A DNA stretch of 64,000 nt from Vicinamibacteria bacterium (GTDB lineage Bacteria > Acidobacteriota > Vicinamibacteria > Marinacidobacterales > Marinacidobacteraceae), in contig CAXXLQ010000004.1 in the NCBI GenBank assembly GCA_963668695.2, positions 256,001 to 320,000 of the forward strand. Direction: 5' to 3'. The translations under genes were made by a program, and so were the position numbers. Each line of letters opens with the position of its first letter. Position 1 is the first letter of the stretch. Of the stretch, positions 9,770 to 19,812 are shown one piece after another. The notes beneath the pieces were generated by a model that saw only the letters and a program-made list of their open reading frames with translations, was not told the origin of the DNA and made no database searches.

Positions 9770-10897
9770 GTGAGCTTCCAGATCCTCCAAAGAAGCGGGG
9801 GAGCCCGGCTGGGACAGCTCCTCACCGCCCACGGCCCGGTTGATACGCCCACCTTCATGCCGGTTGCGACCGGAGGCGCGATCCGGGGGCTGACCAGCGC
9901 CGGAGTGATCGCTACGGGGACGCGCATCCTGCTAAGCAACGCTTGGCATCTGATGTTGCAGCCGGGAGACGAGAGGATCGCCACGCTCGGCGGCCTGCAC
10001 CGCCTGATGGCTTGGGACCGGCCGATCCTCACCGACAGCGGCGGCTACCAGGTGGCAAGCCTTGAGACCCTCCGCAAGGTTTCGGAGACCGGAGTGCATC
10101 TGCGCTCCTATCGGGACGGGTCGCCCCACGACCTGACTCCGGAGAGAGCCATCGAGATCCAGCGGAACCTCGGATCCGACATCGCGATGGTGCTTGACGA
10201 ATGCCTCTCCCTACCTGCCCCGCCGGAAGAGGTCGAACGAGCGGCGGCCCGCAGCCTCCGGTGGGCGGAGCGCTCGCTCGTCCCGCGTCGGCCCCCGGGC
10301 CAACTCCTTTTCGGGATCGTCCAGGGCGGGACGCTGGCGAACGTGAGGCGGGACAACGCCCGGGCCCTCGTGTCGCTCGGCCCCCCCGGGGAAGGATTCG
10401 ATGGATTCGGAATCGGCGGGCTGTTGATGGGGGAAGCGGGCGAAGACACCCGCCGGATGACGGCGCTTTCCGCCGAAGTGCTCGGAGAAGAGCGACCTCG
10501 GTACCTCATGGGGGCTGGACTCCCGGCGGACCTGATCGAATCCGCCGGGCTCGGTATGGATCTCTTCGACAGCGTGATTCCTACGCGGCTTGCTCGACGG
10601 GGCATCGTCTTCACTTCGACCGGCCGGCTGAACGTTTCGCGGGCTCCGTACCGGGACGATGTCGCTCCGCTCGATGAGGAGTGCGAGTGCCTGGCCTGCC
10701 GTGACTACTGCCGCGCCTGGCTGCACCACCTGCTTCGAGCCAAGGAGCGAATTGCCGCCACCCTGCTGAGCGCCCACAACCTCACGTTCTACGCGGGACT
10801 CATGGAACGGTTGCGCGAGGCGATCGCCGCGGACTGCTTCTTCGAGTTCCACGAAGAGAACCGCCACCGCTGGAGGTCTGCCGGCAGCCCTGGCTAG
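9770..10897 (+). CDS. tgt: tRNA-guanine(34) transglycosylase
   Basis: TPTFMPV, LTDSGGYQV, GIVQGG, RYLMG and the CECLAC...H zinc site; precedes yajC-secD-secF. Confidence 0.95.
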   Translation: MSFQILQRSGGARLGQLLTAHGPVDTPTFMPVATGGAIRGLTSAGVIATGTRILLSNAWHLMLQPGDERIATLGGLHRLMAWDRPILTDSGGYQVASLETLRKVSETGVHLRSYRDGSPHDLTPERAIEIQRNLGSDIAMVLDECLSLPAPPEEVERAAARSLRWAERSLVPRRPPGQLLFGIVQGGTLANVRRDNARALVSLGPPGEGFDGFGIGGLLMGEAGEDTRRMTALSAEVLGEERPRYLMGAGLPADLIESAGLGMDLFDSVIPTRLARRGIVFTSTGRLNVSRAPYRDDVAPLDEECECLACRDYCRAWLHHLLRAKERIAATLLSAHNLTFYAGLMERLREAIAADCFFEFHEENRHRWRSAGSPG

Positions 10898-11657
10898 GTG
10901 GAAAGAGGCTCGCCCCCTTTCACAAAAGATAACGACGCATCGCGACTCGCCGCCGCGCGCCGGAGGCGCGCAAGGGAGTTGCGATACGCGGCGCGAAGCG
11001 CCGGGCGGTTCCCGGATGGGCCCCGACGGGATCAGCACTCACAATCCAGACCAACCTCGATTCCACCGCCCCATCCTCAAAACGGCTCGACCCGAGACAA
11101 GGGCCGCGCTGAACCCTCCCAGAAAAAACTAACGGCAGCGAACTCTGTTCGCTGCCCGCGAGTTCGGGGGAAAGTGTGAAAGGGGGTCCACCCCCTTTCA
11201 CAAGAAAGTAACGACGCATCGCGACTTGCCGCCGCGCGCCGGAGGCGCGCAAGGGAGTTGCGATGCCCGGCGCGAAGCGCCGGGCGGTTCCCGGATGGGG
11301 CCTCGACCGAAACTGCGTTCACAGTCCGGACCAACCGCGCCGCGTGGCCCCGTCCGGAAACCGCTCGACATCGCTTGAGGGTGGCGGAGACCCGTCCGGG
11401 CGAAAACTGATGGCAGCGAACTCTGTTCGCTGCCCGCGAGTTCGGGGGAAAGTGTGAAAGGGGGCTCGCCCCCGTTCACAAAAAAGTAACGACGAATCGG
11501 AACTCGCCGAAGCGCGCGCCAAGCGCGCGAGGGAGTTGCGGTTCCCGGCGCGAAGCGCCGGGCGGATTCCGGGCGGGGCTCAACCGAAACTGCGTTCACG
11601 GTCCGGACCAACCATGCCGCGTGGCCCCGTCCGGAAACCGCTCGACGTCGCTCGACG
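10898..11657. repeat. Structured repeat family B, about 2.7 tandem units of ~280 bp
   Basis: Recurrent GGCAGCGAAC-tct-GTTCGCTGCC and GTGAAAGGGGG...CCCC(T/G)TTCAC hairpins; same family at 39372-40383. Confidence 0.85.
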
Positions 11658-11666
11658 TGGTATCCT
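11658..11666 (+). promoter_or_regulatory. Putative extended -10 promoter for yajC
   Basis: TGgTATCCT about 85 bp upstream of the yajC start, at the edge of repeat B. Confidence 0.35.
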
Positions 11667-11751
11667 GCCGCGCGGTTCGGTGCCCGGCCCGCTCTCCCTA
11701 GGGGGATGCGGGTTTTTTCACATCAGCGCATCATAGAAACGGATTCTGACC

Positions 11752-12054
11752 ATGCTCCCCACACTGCTCCAGGCGGACCCGGGCGGCAGCCCATTCGGCA
11801 TGCAGATCGTCCTGTTCGCCGTCATCTTCGGAATCTTCTACTTCATCGTCTTTCGTCCCATGCGCAAACGCCAACGGGAAACGGAACAGATGTTGCGGAG
11901 CCTCGAACGCGGCGCCCGGGTCGTCACCTCCGGCGGGATTCACGGGACCATCGCCGGAATCCAGGGCGACATCGTGCAGCTAAAGGTCACCGACTCGGTC
12001 AAGCTCCAGGTCTCGAAGAGCGCAGTCGCCGGCGTGGTCGAGAAGAAGCACTGA
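11752..12054 (+). CDS. yajC: Preprotein translocase subunit YajC
   Basis: FYFIVFRPMRKRQ and VVTSGGIHGTI; tgt-yajC-secDF synteny. Confidence 0.95.
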   Translation: MLPTLLQADPGGSPFGMQIVLFAVIFGIFYFIVFRPMRKRQRETEQMLRSLERGARVVTSGGIHGTIAGIQGDIVQLKVTDSVKLQVSKSAVAGVVEKKH

Positions 12055-12085
12055 TCGGCTCGGCGGCACTTCCACCAGCGAGAGA

Positions 12086-13624
12086 ATGGCCAGAAGTCTT
12101 CGCCTCAAAGGGGTTCTGCTCCTTCTGCTGGTCGCGGGGCTGGTATATGTGATCAACCCGCCCCGGGACAGGATCGTGCTGGGGCTGGATCTCCAGGGCG
12201 GCATCCATCTCGTCATGCGGGTGCATACCGAGGACGCGGTGCGGGTCCTGACCGACGAGACTGCCGAGCAGTTCGCGGAACGCCTCGACAACGAGGAGAT
12301 TGACTTCGCAGACGTAGAGACGGAGGGACTCGGACGGCTCACCATCCTGAATCTGGACGATTCCCGCCTCCGCGAGGTCCGGGACATTGTCGCCTTCAGT
12401 TGGCCGGGCTGGGATCTCCGCAGCGCCGGCGGCGGCGACTGGTCGTTCAGCCTGCGCCCCAGCGAAGAAATCGTGGTCCGCGAACAGACCGTGGCTCAGG
12501 CGATGGAGACCATCCGGCGGCGCGTCGACGAGTTGGGTGTCGCGGAACCGGTCATCACGACCCACGGGAACACCGGCGACCAGATCCTGGTGCAGTTGCC
12601 CGGCTACGAGGACGTCGCGCGGGCAAAGGAGATCATCCGGGCAACGGCCCAGCTGGAACTCCGGCTCGTGCAGGCGGGGCCGGCCCTCGACGAAGCGGCG
12701 CTGCCTCCGCTGAACAGCGCGCTGGAGAACATCCCGACGGAACTGCCGACCGGCGCTACCGGTTACTACCAGGTGAACCGGGTCGCCGCCATCACCGGCC
12801 GTGATCTCAGGAACGCCCGGCAGGCGATCGACTTCCAGACGAATACGCCCAATGTGGAGTTCAGCCTGCATGCCGAGGGAGCTTCCCGGTTCCGCGAGTT
12901 TACGGGCGCCAACGTGGGCCGTCAGATGGCGATCGTCCTCGATGACCTTGCTGTCTCGGCTCCCGTCATCCAGAGCCCGATCTACGACCAGGGCCAGATC
13001 ACCGGAAATTTCACGATCGATGAAGCGGTCGATCTCGCGCTCGTCCTGCGCGCCGGAGCGCTACCGGCATCCCTCGAGTACCAGGAGGAACGCACCGTAG
13101 GGCCCTCCCTCGGCGCGGACTCGATCCGGAGCGGCGTAACCGCGTCGCTGGTGGGTCTGGCCGGCGTCTTGCTGTTCATCCTCTTCTACTACCGGCTCTC
13201 CGGGGTGAACGCCGTCATCGCCCTCACCCTGAACCTCCTCATCCTGCTCGGGGCGATGGCCTACTTCGCAGCCACGCTGACGCTTCCCGGAATCGCCGGG
13301 GTCATCCTGACGATCGGTATGGGAGTGGACGCAAACGTCCTCATCTTCGAGCGGATCAAGGAGGAAATGCGGACCGGCAAGCCCCCGCGGACCGCGATCT
13401 CGGTCGGGTTCTCCCGCGTCTTCTGGACGATCGTGGACGCGAACATGACCAGCCTGGTGGCCGCTGCGATCCTCTTCCAGTTCGGCACCGGACCGGTCCA
13501 GGGATTCGCGGTGACCCTCAGCATCGGACTCATCAGCAACGTCTTCACCGCCGTGTTCGTTTCGCGCTACATCTTCGACCTGGTGCTCTCCGGACGGCGC
13601 CAGGTCCCGGCGCTCAGCATTTAG
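12086..13624 (+). CDS. secD: Protein translocase subunit SecD
   Basis: LGLDLQGG, LRAGALPA, TVGPSLG and GMGVDANVLIFERIKEE. Confidence 0.97.
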   Translation: MARSLRLKGVLLLLLVAGLVYVINPPRDRIVLGLDLQGGIHLVMRVHTEDAVRVLTDETAEQFAERLDNEEIDFADVETEGLGRLTILNLDDSRLREVRDIVAFSWPGWDLRSAGGGDWSFSLRPSEEIVVREQTVAQAMETIRRRVDELGVAEPVITTHGNTGDQILVQLPGYEDVARAKEIIRATAQLELRLVQAGPALDEAALPPLNSALENIPTELPTGATGYYQVNRVAAITGRDLRNARQAIDFQTNTPNVEFSLHAEGASRFREFTGANVGRQMAIVLDDLAVSAPVIQSPIYDQGQITGNFTIDEAVDLALVLRAGALPASLEYQEERTVGPSLGADSIRSGVTASLVGLAGVLLFILFYYRLSGVNAVIALTLNLLILLGAMAYFAATLTLPGIAGVILTIGMGVDANVLIFERIKEEMRTGKPPRTAISVGFSRVFWTIVDANMTSLVAAAILFQFGTGPVQGFAVTLSIGLISNVFTAVFVSRYIFDLVLSGRRQVPALSI

Positions 13625-13634
13625 CAACCCCCTG

Positions 13635-14639
13635 ATGGACATCGTCGGCGACACCCGGATCAACTGGATCAAGTATCGGTGGTGGTTCGCCGCAGTCTCC
13701 CTCGTAGTGGTTGCCGCGGGGGTTTTGGACATCATCCGGAAGGACGGGCTCCGGTACGGCATCGACTTCTCCGAAGGCACCCTGGTGGTAGCCAAGTTCG
13801 CCGTGTCTCCGGAAATCGATGCCGTACGGGAGACCGTCAGCGCGCTCGGGTACGGAAGCGCCGTGATCCAGAGCTACGACCGGCCCGAGATGAACCAGGT
13901 CATGATCCGGGTCGAAAAAGAGCCAACGGACGAGCCCATGGCGGGGCAGGATCCGGGCGACGCGGCGCAGCCGGCACCCGAGGCTGGAATCGACGAGACG
14001 GCCAACCGCATTCTCGAAGCGCTCCGCGCTGGAGCTGCGGGAGAACTGGTATCCGTGAGCACCGAGATCGTGGGGCCGGTGGTCGGCGAAGAACTCCGGC
14101 GGCGGGCGCGGAACGCCACCATCTTGGCGCTCTTCGCGATGCTCATCTACATCGGCTTCCGATTCGAGCCGGTGTACGGGGTCGGCGCCACCATCGCGGT
14201 CATCCACGACGTCCTCGTAACGCTGGCTCTCGTTTCCCTCTTCGACTACGAGATCAGTCTGAACGTGATCGCCGCTTTCATGACACTCGTGGGTTACTCG
14301 GTCAACGACACGATCGTCATCTTCGATCGGATCCGCGAAAACCGTCATATCCACCGCCGACTGAGGCTCCCGGAGATCGTGAACCTGGCAATTAACCAGA
14401 CACTCCGCCGCACCATCCTCACGTCAGGGCTCACCCTGCTCGCGGTAGGGGCGCTGTTCGTCTGGGGCGGCGAGGTGCTCCGTGCTTTCTCCTTCGTGCT
14501 GGTAGCCGGGGTCGTCGTGGGCACCTACTCCTCGATCGCCATCGCTTCGCCGATTGTCTTGTGGTGGCGCTCGGTACGGGGCGGCACGGCGGCAACCGCG
14601 GAACAGCAACGGCCCCAGGCGCCTCCGGTCAGGGTCTGA
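13635..14639 (+). CDS. secF: Protein translocase subunit SecF
   Basis: GIDFSEG, VGPVVG and GYSVNDTIVIFDRIREN. Confidence 0.97.
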   Translation: MDIVGDTRINWIKYRWWFAAVSLVVVAAGVLDIIRKDGLRYGIDFSEGTLVVAKFAVSPEIDAVRETVSALGYGSAVIQSYDRPEMNQVMIRVEKEPTDEPMAGQDPGDAAQPAPEAGIDETANRILEALRAGAAGELVSVSTEIVGPVVGEELRRRARNATILALFAMLIYIGFRFEPVYGVGATIAVIHDVLVTLALVSLFDYEISLNVIAAFMTLVGYSVNDTIVIFDRIRENRHIHRRLRLPEIVNLAINQTLRRTILTSGLTLLAVGALFVWGGEVLRAFSFVLVAGVVVGTYSSIAIASPIVLWWRSVRGGTAATAEQQRPQAPPVRV

Positions 14640-14660
14640 TTCTCCCGGCGCTCAAGCCGG

Positions 14661-14836
14661 GTTTCCGGAGCGGTGCTTGCGCCCCGCTCCGGAAACGACC
14701 GGCGATGCAGCCCGGCTGAACCGCCCCCCCCAACCGGAGAATTGGCGCTCCGCGCTGCGCTTCGGTCCAAATACACCAAGGCCAGTTCTGCCGGTGGGGG
14801 TTTCGGCGCTCACGCCACTCTATCCACAGGCCGCTA
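14661..14836. repeat. Partial family A element
   Basis: Shared internal modules and right end CCACAGGCCGC-TA; no clear left end. Confidence 0.65.
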
Positions 14837-14907
14837 GACTCGCGCAGCGAGGTTCTTGCCAGGTGCCGTCTGGACTTTCCAGAGGAAGAACACGGATTCT
14901 CCTTGGC

Positions 14908-15636
14908 ATGCCGGACACCCCGTCGCCCGGGTTCGGGATTTCCCTGCCCCTCGGTTTGTCGCTGCACGGCGCTCTCCTGGTGCTGCTGCTGTATCCCTCC
15001 TTCGCGGTACACGAGGACGAGTTACCGACGATCGACGCGTACCGGATCCGCCTCTTCGCGCCTCCAGCAGCGGCGCTCCGCCAGGGGGATCCCATGGCGA
15101 GACCGGATCCCGAGGACCCGGCAACTACGGCTCGGGACACATCCCGAAGCCGACTCGCTGCCCCTCTCGCTCGCGCCGATCTGCTCCAGGTGCTCGAAGC
15201 GGCGGAGATTCCCATGACGTTCGGGGCCGAGAACGGCATTCCCGCGGGACTCTGGGACGGGTTGGAGTTCGGCAAACCGGAAGGTGTAGTCGGTGGCATT
15301 CCCGGTGGGGTTCAAGGTGGCCAGATCGGTGGCCTGCGCGAGGAGGCCGATCCGGTGCTCCCGCCCCCGGACGAGCCACCCGTCGCGCTTTCCATGCCGC
15401 GCCCCCGCTTCCCGAAGGAGGCGCTCCGAGACGGGATCCGCGGGCGCGTGGTGCTGCGAGCCCTGATAACGGAACGCGGGACGGTCGAGGTACTGCGGAT
15501 CCTGCGGTCCGTACCAGGACTCGATGCGGAAGCCATCAGGGTCGTAGAGTCGGAGTGGAGATTCCGCGCGGCCCAACGAAACGGCCGGCCGGTGGCCTCG
15601 CTCAGTGATCTGGTGATCCGCTTCTCGCTGCGCTAA
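14908..15636 (+). CDS. tonB: Energy transducer TonB-family protein
   Basis: N-terminal TM ending SLHG, Gly/Pro linker (GVVGGIPGGVQGG) and TonB C-terminal domain. Confidence 0.8.
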   Translation: MPDTPSPGFGISLPLGLSLHGALLVLLLYPSFAVHEDELPTIDAYRIRLFAPPAAALRQGDPMARPDPEDPATTARDTSRSRLAAPLARADLLQVLEAAEIPMTFGAENGIPAGLWDGLEFGKPEGVVGGIPGGVQGGQIGGLREEADPVLPPPDEPPVALSMPRPRFPKEALRDGIRGRVVLRALITERGTVEVLRILRSVPGLDAEAIRVVESEWRFRAAQRNGRPVASLSDLVIRFSLR

Positions 15637-15804
15637 ACCCGGCAGCCTCGCGGACCAACTGCGCAGCCCGGTTCTCCCGCCAAAAGGAGCTCGGTACTCG
15701 CTTGACTCCACCCACCGGGTGCCCGAGCAAACGAGCACGGCGCAGGTCGCCCGGCGAGTGAAACGCCAGCCCCCTGAGTGGTCCGTTACGGCATCTATTC
15801 TCTG

Positions 15805-15833
15805 TTGACATACCGGGGGCCGAGTGCTACTTT
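15805..15833 (+). promoter_or_regulatory. sigma70-type promoter for the tonB-exbB-exbD operon
   Basis: TTGACA, 17-bp spacer, TACTTT with an extended TG. Confidence 0.7.
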
Positions 15834-15955
15834 CTCCACCTTCCCCAGCAGCCTGGCAAGTCGCCTGCCGCTCTGTGCGGCCTCCGGAGATGGTGGCTCA
15901 CCGGGCTGTTCTCCGCTTCCGAGGACGGGCTGGATTCGGGGAGAAGGAGATCAAC

Positions 15956-16669
15956 GTGGCAGACTCGACAAGAGAACCAACATTCCGAGTGGCGGGAACC
16001 GGGAGCGCCGGGCGTTCCCTCGGCAGCTTCGCCTTCTCCTTCCTGCTCCAGGGGGGAGCCGTGCTGGCGTTCATCGTCATCCCCATCCTGACAATCAACC
16101 TCCCGACCCCCGAGGGCATCATGACCTTCATGGCGGCGGCGCCGCCCCCGCCACCGCCGCCGCCACCGCCGCCACCGAAGGCCCAGCGGCGAGCTGCCCC
16201 GAAGCCGGTGCTCAACACCACACCCCAATTCGTGGCTCCCGTGGACATTCCGGATGACATCGGTGACGGCGCTGTGGACTTTGGTGTTCCCGGTGGTGTC
16301 GAGGGCGGAGTCCCCGGTGGAATCATCGGCGGAATCGTCGGCGGCCTGCCATCCGGACCGCCGCCCCCGCCGCCCAAGGCCGCTCCCGTCCGCGTGGGTG
16401 GAGAAATCCGCGAGCCGACCCGCACGGTGTACGTACAGCCGATATATCCCGAAATCGCCAAGCAGGCGCGGGTTTCCGGCGTGGTGATTCTCGAGGCCAT
16501 CATCGATCCGAGCGGCAATGTGACAAATATCTCCGTGCTCCGCTCGATTCCACTCCTCGACCAATCGGCGATGGATGCCGTGCGGCAGTGGAGGTACCAA
16601 CCCACCCTGCTCAACGGAGTGCCGGTCCCCATCGTCATGACCGTCACGGTGACGTTCAACCTTGGCTGA
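15956..16669 (+). CDS. tonB: Energy transducer TonB
   Basis: AAGGAG RBS and GTG start; TM anchor, poly-Pro, GVPGGVEGG, and YPEIAKQARVSGVV C-domain. Confidence 0.92.
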   Translation: MADSTREPTFRVAGTGSAGRSLGSFAFSFLLQGGAVLAFIVIPILTINLPTPEGIMTFMAAAPPPPPPPPPPPPKAQRRAAPKPVLNTTPQFVAPVDIPDDIGDGAVDFGVPGGVEGGVPGGIIGGIVGGLPSGPPPPPPKAAPVRVGGEIREPTRTVYVQPIYPEIAKQARVSGVVILEAIIDPSGNVTNISVLRSIPLLDQSAMDAVRQWRYQPTLLNGVPVPIVMTVTVTFNLG

Positions 16670-16866
16670 CACCCGTCGGGAACGGATGTCCGGAAAGCCG
16701 ATTTCCTGACCCACAACAATCACTACGACTTTTTCAAGGCAGATTTCGCCCTGCCCCGCATTCGGATTGACCAGATCGCAGCGAATCGCTTCGTACCGAC
16801 CCTCAACCCAATCCGGGGCGGCGAAACCCCACCACTTTTCCCCTAGATCCCAGGAGGATTAACGGA

Positions 16867-17535
16867 ATGTCTTTTGACCTGCTTGAGATCTGGACCCACA
16901 TGGGGCCGGCCGCAAAGCTCATCAACGGCGTGATGGCCATCATGTCGGTTTACTCGCTCTCGATCATGATCGAGCGCTGGCTGACGTACCAGAAGGCCAA
17001 GGGCCAGTCCCGCAGCTACTCCGTGCGCATCGCCAAGGAGCTCAAGGCGGGCAACATCGACACCGCCATCAAGGTGAGCAAGGACAAGGAAGTCAGGAAC
17101 AGCCACCTCGCCAAAGTGCTGCTCGCCGGGCTTCAGGAAATCCAGTACCAGACAGAGGAAGGCGGCGCGGACAAGGACACGACGATGGAGGCCGCCCACC
17201 GGGCCATCCAGCGGGCCACCGCCATCAGCGCGATGGACCTGCGGCGCAACCTCTCCGGACTCGCCACCGTGGGCGCCACCGCCCCCTTCGTGGGTCTGCT
17301 GGGAACCGTGCTCGGCATCATCACCGCGTTCCGCGGGATGGCGCTGACCGGGTCCGGCGGAATCGGCGCGGTGTCGGCCGGAATCGCGGAGGCGCTTATC
17401 GCGACCGCGTTCGGGCTCTTCGTTGCCATTCCGGCCGTGTGGGCCTTCAACTACCTCACGAACCGGGCGGACGGCTTCGGCGTCGAGATGGACAACGGCG
17501 CCTCCGAACTCATCGACTTCATGGCGCGCCGCTAA
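16867..17535 (+). CDS. exbB: MotA/TolQ/ExbB proton channel protein
   Basis: APFVGLLGTVLGI and GIAEALIATAFGL. Confidence 0.92.
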   Translation: MSFDLLEIWTHMGPAAKLINGVMAIMSVYSLSIMIERWLTYQKAKGQSRSYSVRIAKELKAGNIDTAIKVSKDKEVRNSHLAKVLLAGLQEIQYQTEEGGADKDTTMEAAHRAIQRATAISAMDLRRNLSGLATVGATAPFVGLLGTVLGIITAFRGMALTGSGGIGAVSAGIAEALIATAFGLFVAIPAVWAFNYLTNRADGFGVEMDNGASELIDFMARR

Positions 17536-17682
17536 CGCGGATCGCCGGAGTCCCCCTTCATGCCTCCCCGCTGGCGCCGTTGCCCCAAAGCCTCTTCCGG
17601 CTATCGGGCGGCGGTGTCGGCGGGCCTCATTCCGCTGATGCCCGGAGCAGACGCGGACAGGGAAACCAAGGAGTAACGTGTC

Positions 17683-18099
17683 ATGGGAATGGCAAATCTT
17701 GGTAACAAGGACGTCAACGCCAACATCAACGTGACCCCCCTCGCGGATGTCATGCTGGTGTTGCTCATCATCTTCATGGTCGTGACGCCGCTTCTGCAGA
17801 AGGGAGTGGACGTCAAGCTTCCGATAGCCGATTACGGACTCGACCACCCCGATAGCGACGACGTTGTGAACGTCGCTATCCGCGAGGATGGGGCGATCTA
17901 TCTCGACCTCATCTCCACCACGCAGCAGGAGCTGCCTACCGCCCTTCTCGCGAAGTTCGCAGGCAAGTCGGAGAAGGTTCTCTTCCTGAAGGCTGACGAG
18001 CGGCTCGCGTACCACGAGGTGCTCGGCCTCATGTCGCTCTGCCGCGATGGCGGGGCCGAAGAGATCGGCCTCATCACCGAACGGGCGGAAGGGCAGTAA
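17683..18099 (+). CDS. exbD: ExbD/TolR biopolymer transport protein
   Basis: INVTPLADVMLVLLIIFMV and LKAD. Confidence 0.92.
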   Translation: MGMANLGNKDVNANINVTPLADVMLVLLIIFMVVTPLLQKGVDVKLPIADYGLDHPDSDDVVNVAIREDGAIYLDLISTTQQELPTALLAKFAGKSEKVLFLKADERLAYHEVLGLMSLCRDGGAEEIGLITERAEGQ

Positions 18100-18132
18100 C
18101 CCTCAACGGGTCAACACCCGGGAGAAAACATC

Positions 18133-18537
18133 ATGGGAATGGCAGGATTCGCCAAAGGCGGAGTCACTTCCGACATCAACATCACACCGCTCATCGACGT
18201 GCTCCTGGTAATCCTCATCATCTTCATGATCGTGACGCCGCTCACCCAGCAGGGTCACGACGTGGAGATGCCGGACAACCAGGATCAGGTCATCGATGCC
18301 GAGCCCGATCCGAACCAACTCGTGCTGAGTATCGACTCGAGCAGACAGGTAACCATCAACAAACAGGTTGTCGCGCGGGAGGAACTCCCCCTGCGCATCC
18401 GCGACATCTTCGAGACCCGCGCCGACAAGACAGTCTTTCTGAAAGCTGACCCCTTCCTGACCTACGGAGACGTGGTCGAGGTCTTGGACATCGTGAAGGG
18501 AAACGGCGTCGAGCGCGTGGGGATCGTCGCCCGGTAG
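18133..18537 (+). CDS. exbD: ExbD/TolR biopolymer transport protein (second copy)
   Basis: INITPLIDVLLVILIIFMI and LKAD. Confidence 0.92.
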   Translation: MGMAGFAKGGVTSDINITPLIDVLLVILIIFMIVTPLTQQGHDVEMPDNQDQVIDAEPDPNQLVLSIDSSRQVTINKQVVAREELPLRIRDIFETRADKTVFLKADPFLTYGDVVEVLDIVKGNGVERVGIVAR

Positions 18538-18568
18538 CCGCTCGCGCAGCCAGAGGAGATCACACGCC

Positions 18569-19651
18569 GTGAACGACAAACAGAAAAAGGTCGCCCGCAT
18601 CTCGGGCGGAGTCGCTTTGGCGCTCGTCATCGGGATCGCGGTGTCCCCGCTTCCCGGGTGGTTCGGCAACTACGTCGACATGCTGCAGGCCATGCGGGCC
18701 TTCGGTAAGGCCAACGAGGCCTACGGCAGGAGGGACTACGAGGACGCGATCCAGTATTACGCCGAGGCTACCGCAAGCGCGCCGGATGACAAACCGCTCA
18801 TCCAGACCACGCTGCGCTTCTTCAGCGCGAGCAGCCACCATCTGCTCTATAGCCCGAACACTTTCGACGATCCAGAGAACGAGGATTATCTCGACGCCGC
18901 ACTCGACGGTTACGAGGACACCCTCGACGTAGTCGCAGCCGCGCTCGCGGACCCGAACCTCGACGAAGCGTCGAGGGAGGGCATCGGGGTTTACGAACGC
19001 TACGCCTCCGAACAGCTCGCCGGAATCCACCGTGACCACCTCGACGACCTCGAGGGGGCGGAGCACTACTTCAATCGCCTGATCGAACTCGATCCGGAGA
19101 CTCCGGAGCGCTACTACGGGTTGGCCGACGTGTACGAGCGGTATCACGATCCCGACACGAATCCGCTCCTCGACAAAGCCATCGCCGCCTACCAGGTTCC
19201 CGTCGAGATGAATCCCGACGATCCGATCGGCTACCGGCAGGTCGCCAACCTGCTCAACAAGTACGGCCGTTTCGACGAGACGATGGAATGGCTCGGACGG
19301 GCTCGGGACGTGAACCCCGCTAACCCCGAGGGCTACTACCTCATCGCGACCTACTACTGGGACAAGGTCTACCGCGACCCCGACCTGAGCGAGCGGCAGC
19401 GTCGCGAATTCATCGACTTGGGGATAGAGCACCTCGACCTGGCCCTCGAGCGGAACGACGAATACGTGGACGCGCTGGTCTACAAGAACCTGCTCCTGCG
19501 GGAGTTGGCCAAGGTGGATCCCCGCAACGCGTCGGCTCTCGTTGCGGACGCCGACGAATACCGGAGCCGAGCGATCGCTATCCGCGATCGGCTGGCGGTG
19601 GAAGCGGTCGCCGCCGCTGTTGCCGCTGCGGAAGCCGCCGCGCAGCGCTAG
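18569..19651 (+). CDS. Membrane-anchored tetratricopeptide-repeat protein
   Basis: N-terminal hydrophobic helix and multiple TPR-like repeats. Confidence 0.8.
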   Translation: MNDKQKKVARISGGVALALVIGIAVSPLPGWFGNYVDMLQAMRAFGKANEAYGRRDYEDAIQYYAEATASAPDDKPLIQTTLRFFSASSHHLLYSPNTFDDPENEDYLDAALDGYEDTLDVVAAALADPNLDEASREGIGVYERYASEQLAGIHRDHLDDLEGAEHYFNRLIELDPETPERYYGLADVYERYHDPDTNPLLDKAIAAYQVPVEMNPDDPIGYRQVANLLNKYGRFDETMEWLGRARDVNPANPEGYYLIATYYWDKVYRDPDLSERQRREFIDLGIEHLDLALERNDEYVDALVYKNLLLRELAKVDPRNASALVADADEYRSRAIAIRDRLAVEAVAAAVAAAEAAAQR

Positions 19652-19676
19652 ACAGCGGAGCATCGATCAAGTCCAG

Positions 19677-19722
19677 GCCCCCGTCGGCCGCGCGCTTCGG
19701 CCGCGGCCGGCGGGGGTTTTTT
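19677..19722 (+). terminator. Rho-independent terminator
   Basis: GCCCCCGTCGGCCGCG / CGCGGCCGGCGGGGGT stem followed by a T run. Confidence 0.8.
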
Positions 19723-19812
19723 GACTCCAATCCGGGAACGAATGTCAAGGAGGCCGGCAGCCGCCGCAGATTTGGCGAAATCTCTCCAACCCAGTTGAGG
19801 CGGTTGCGCCGT

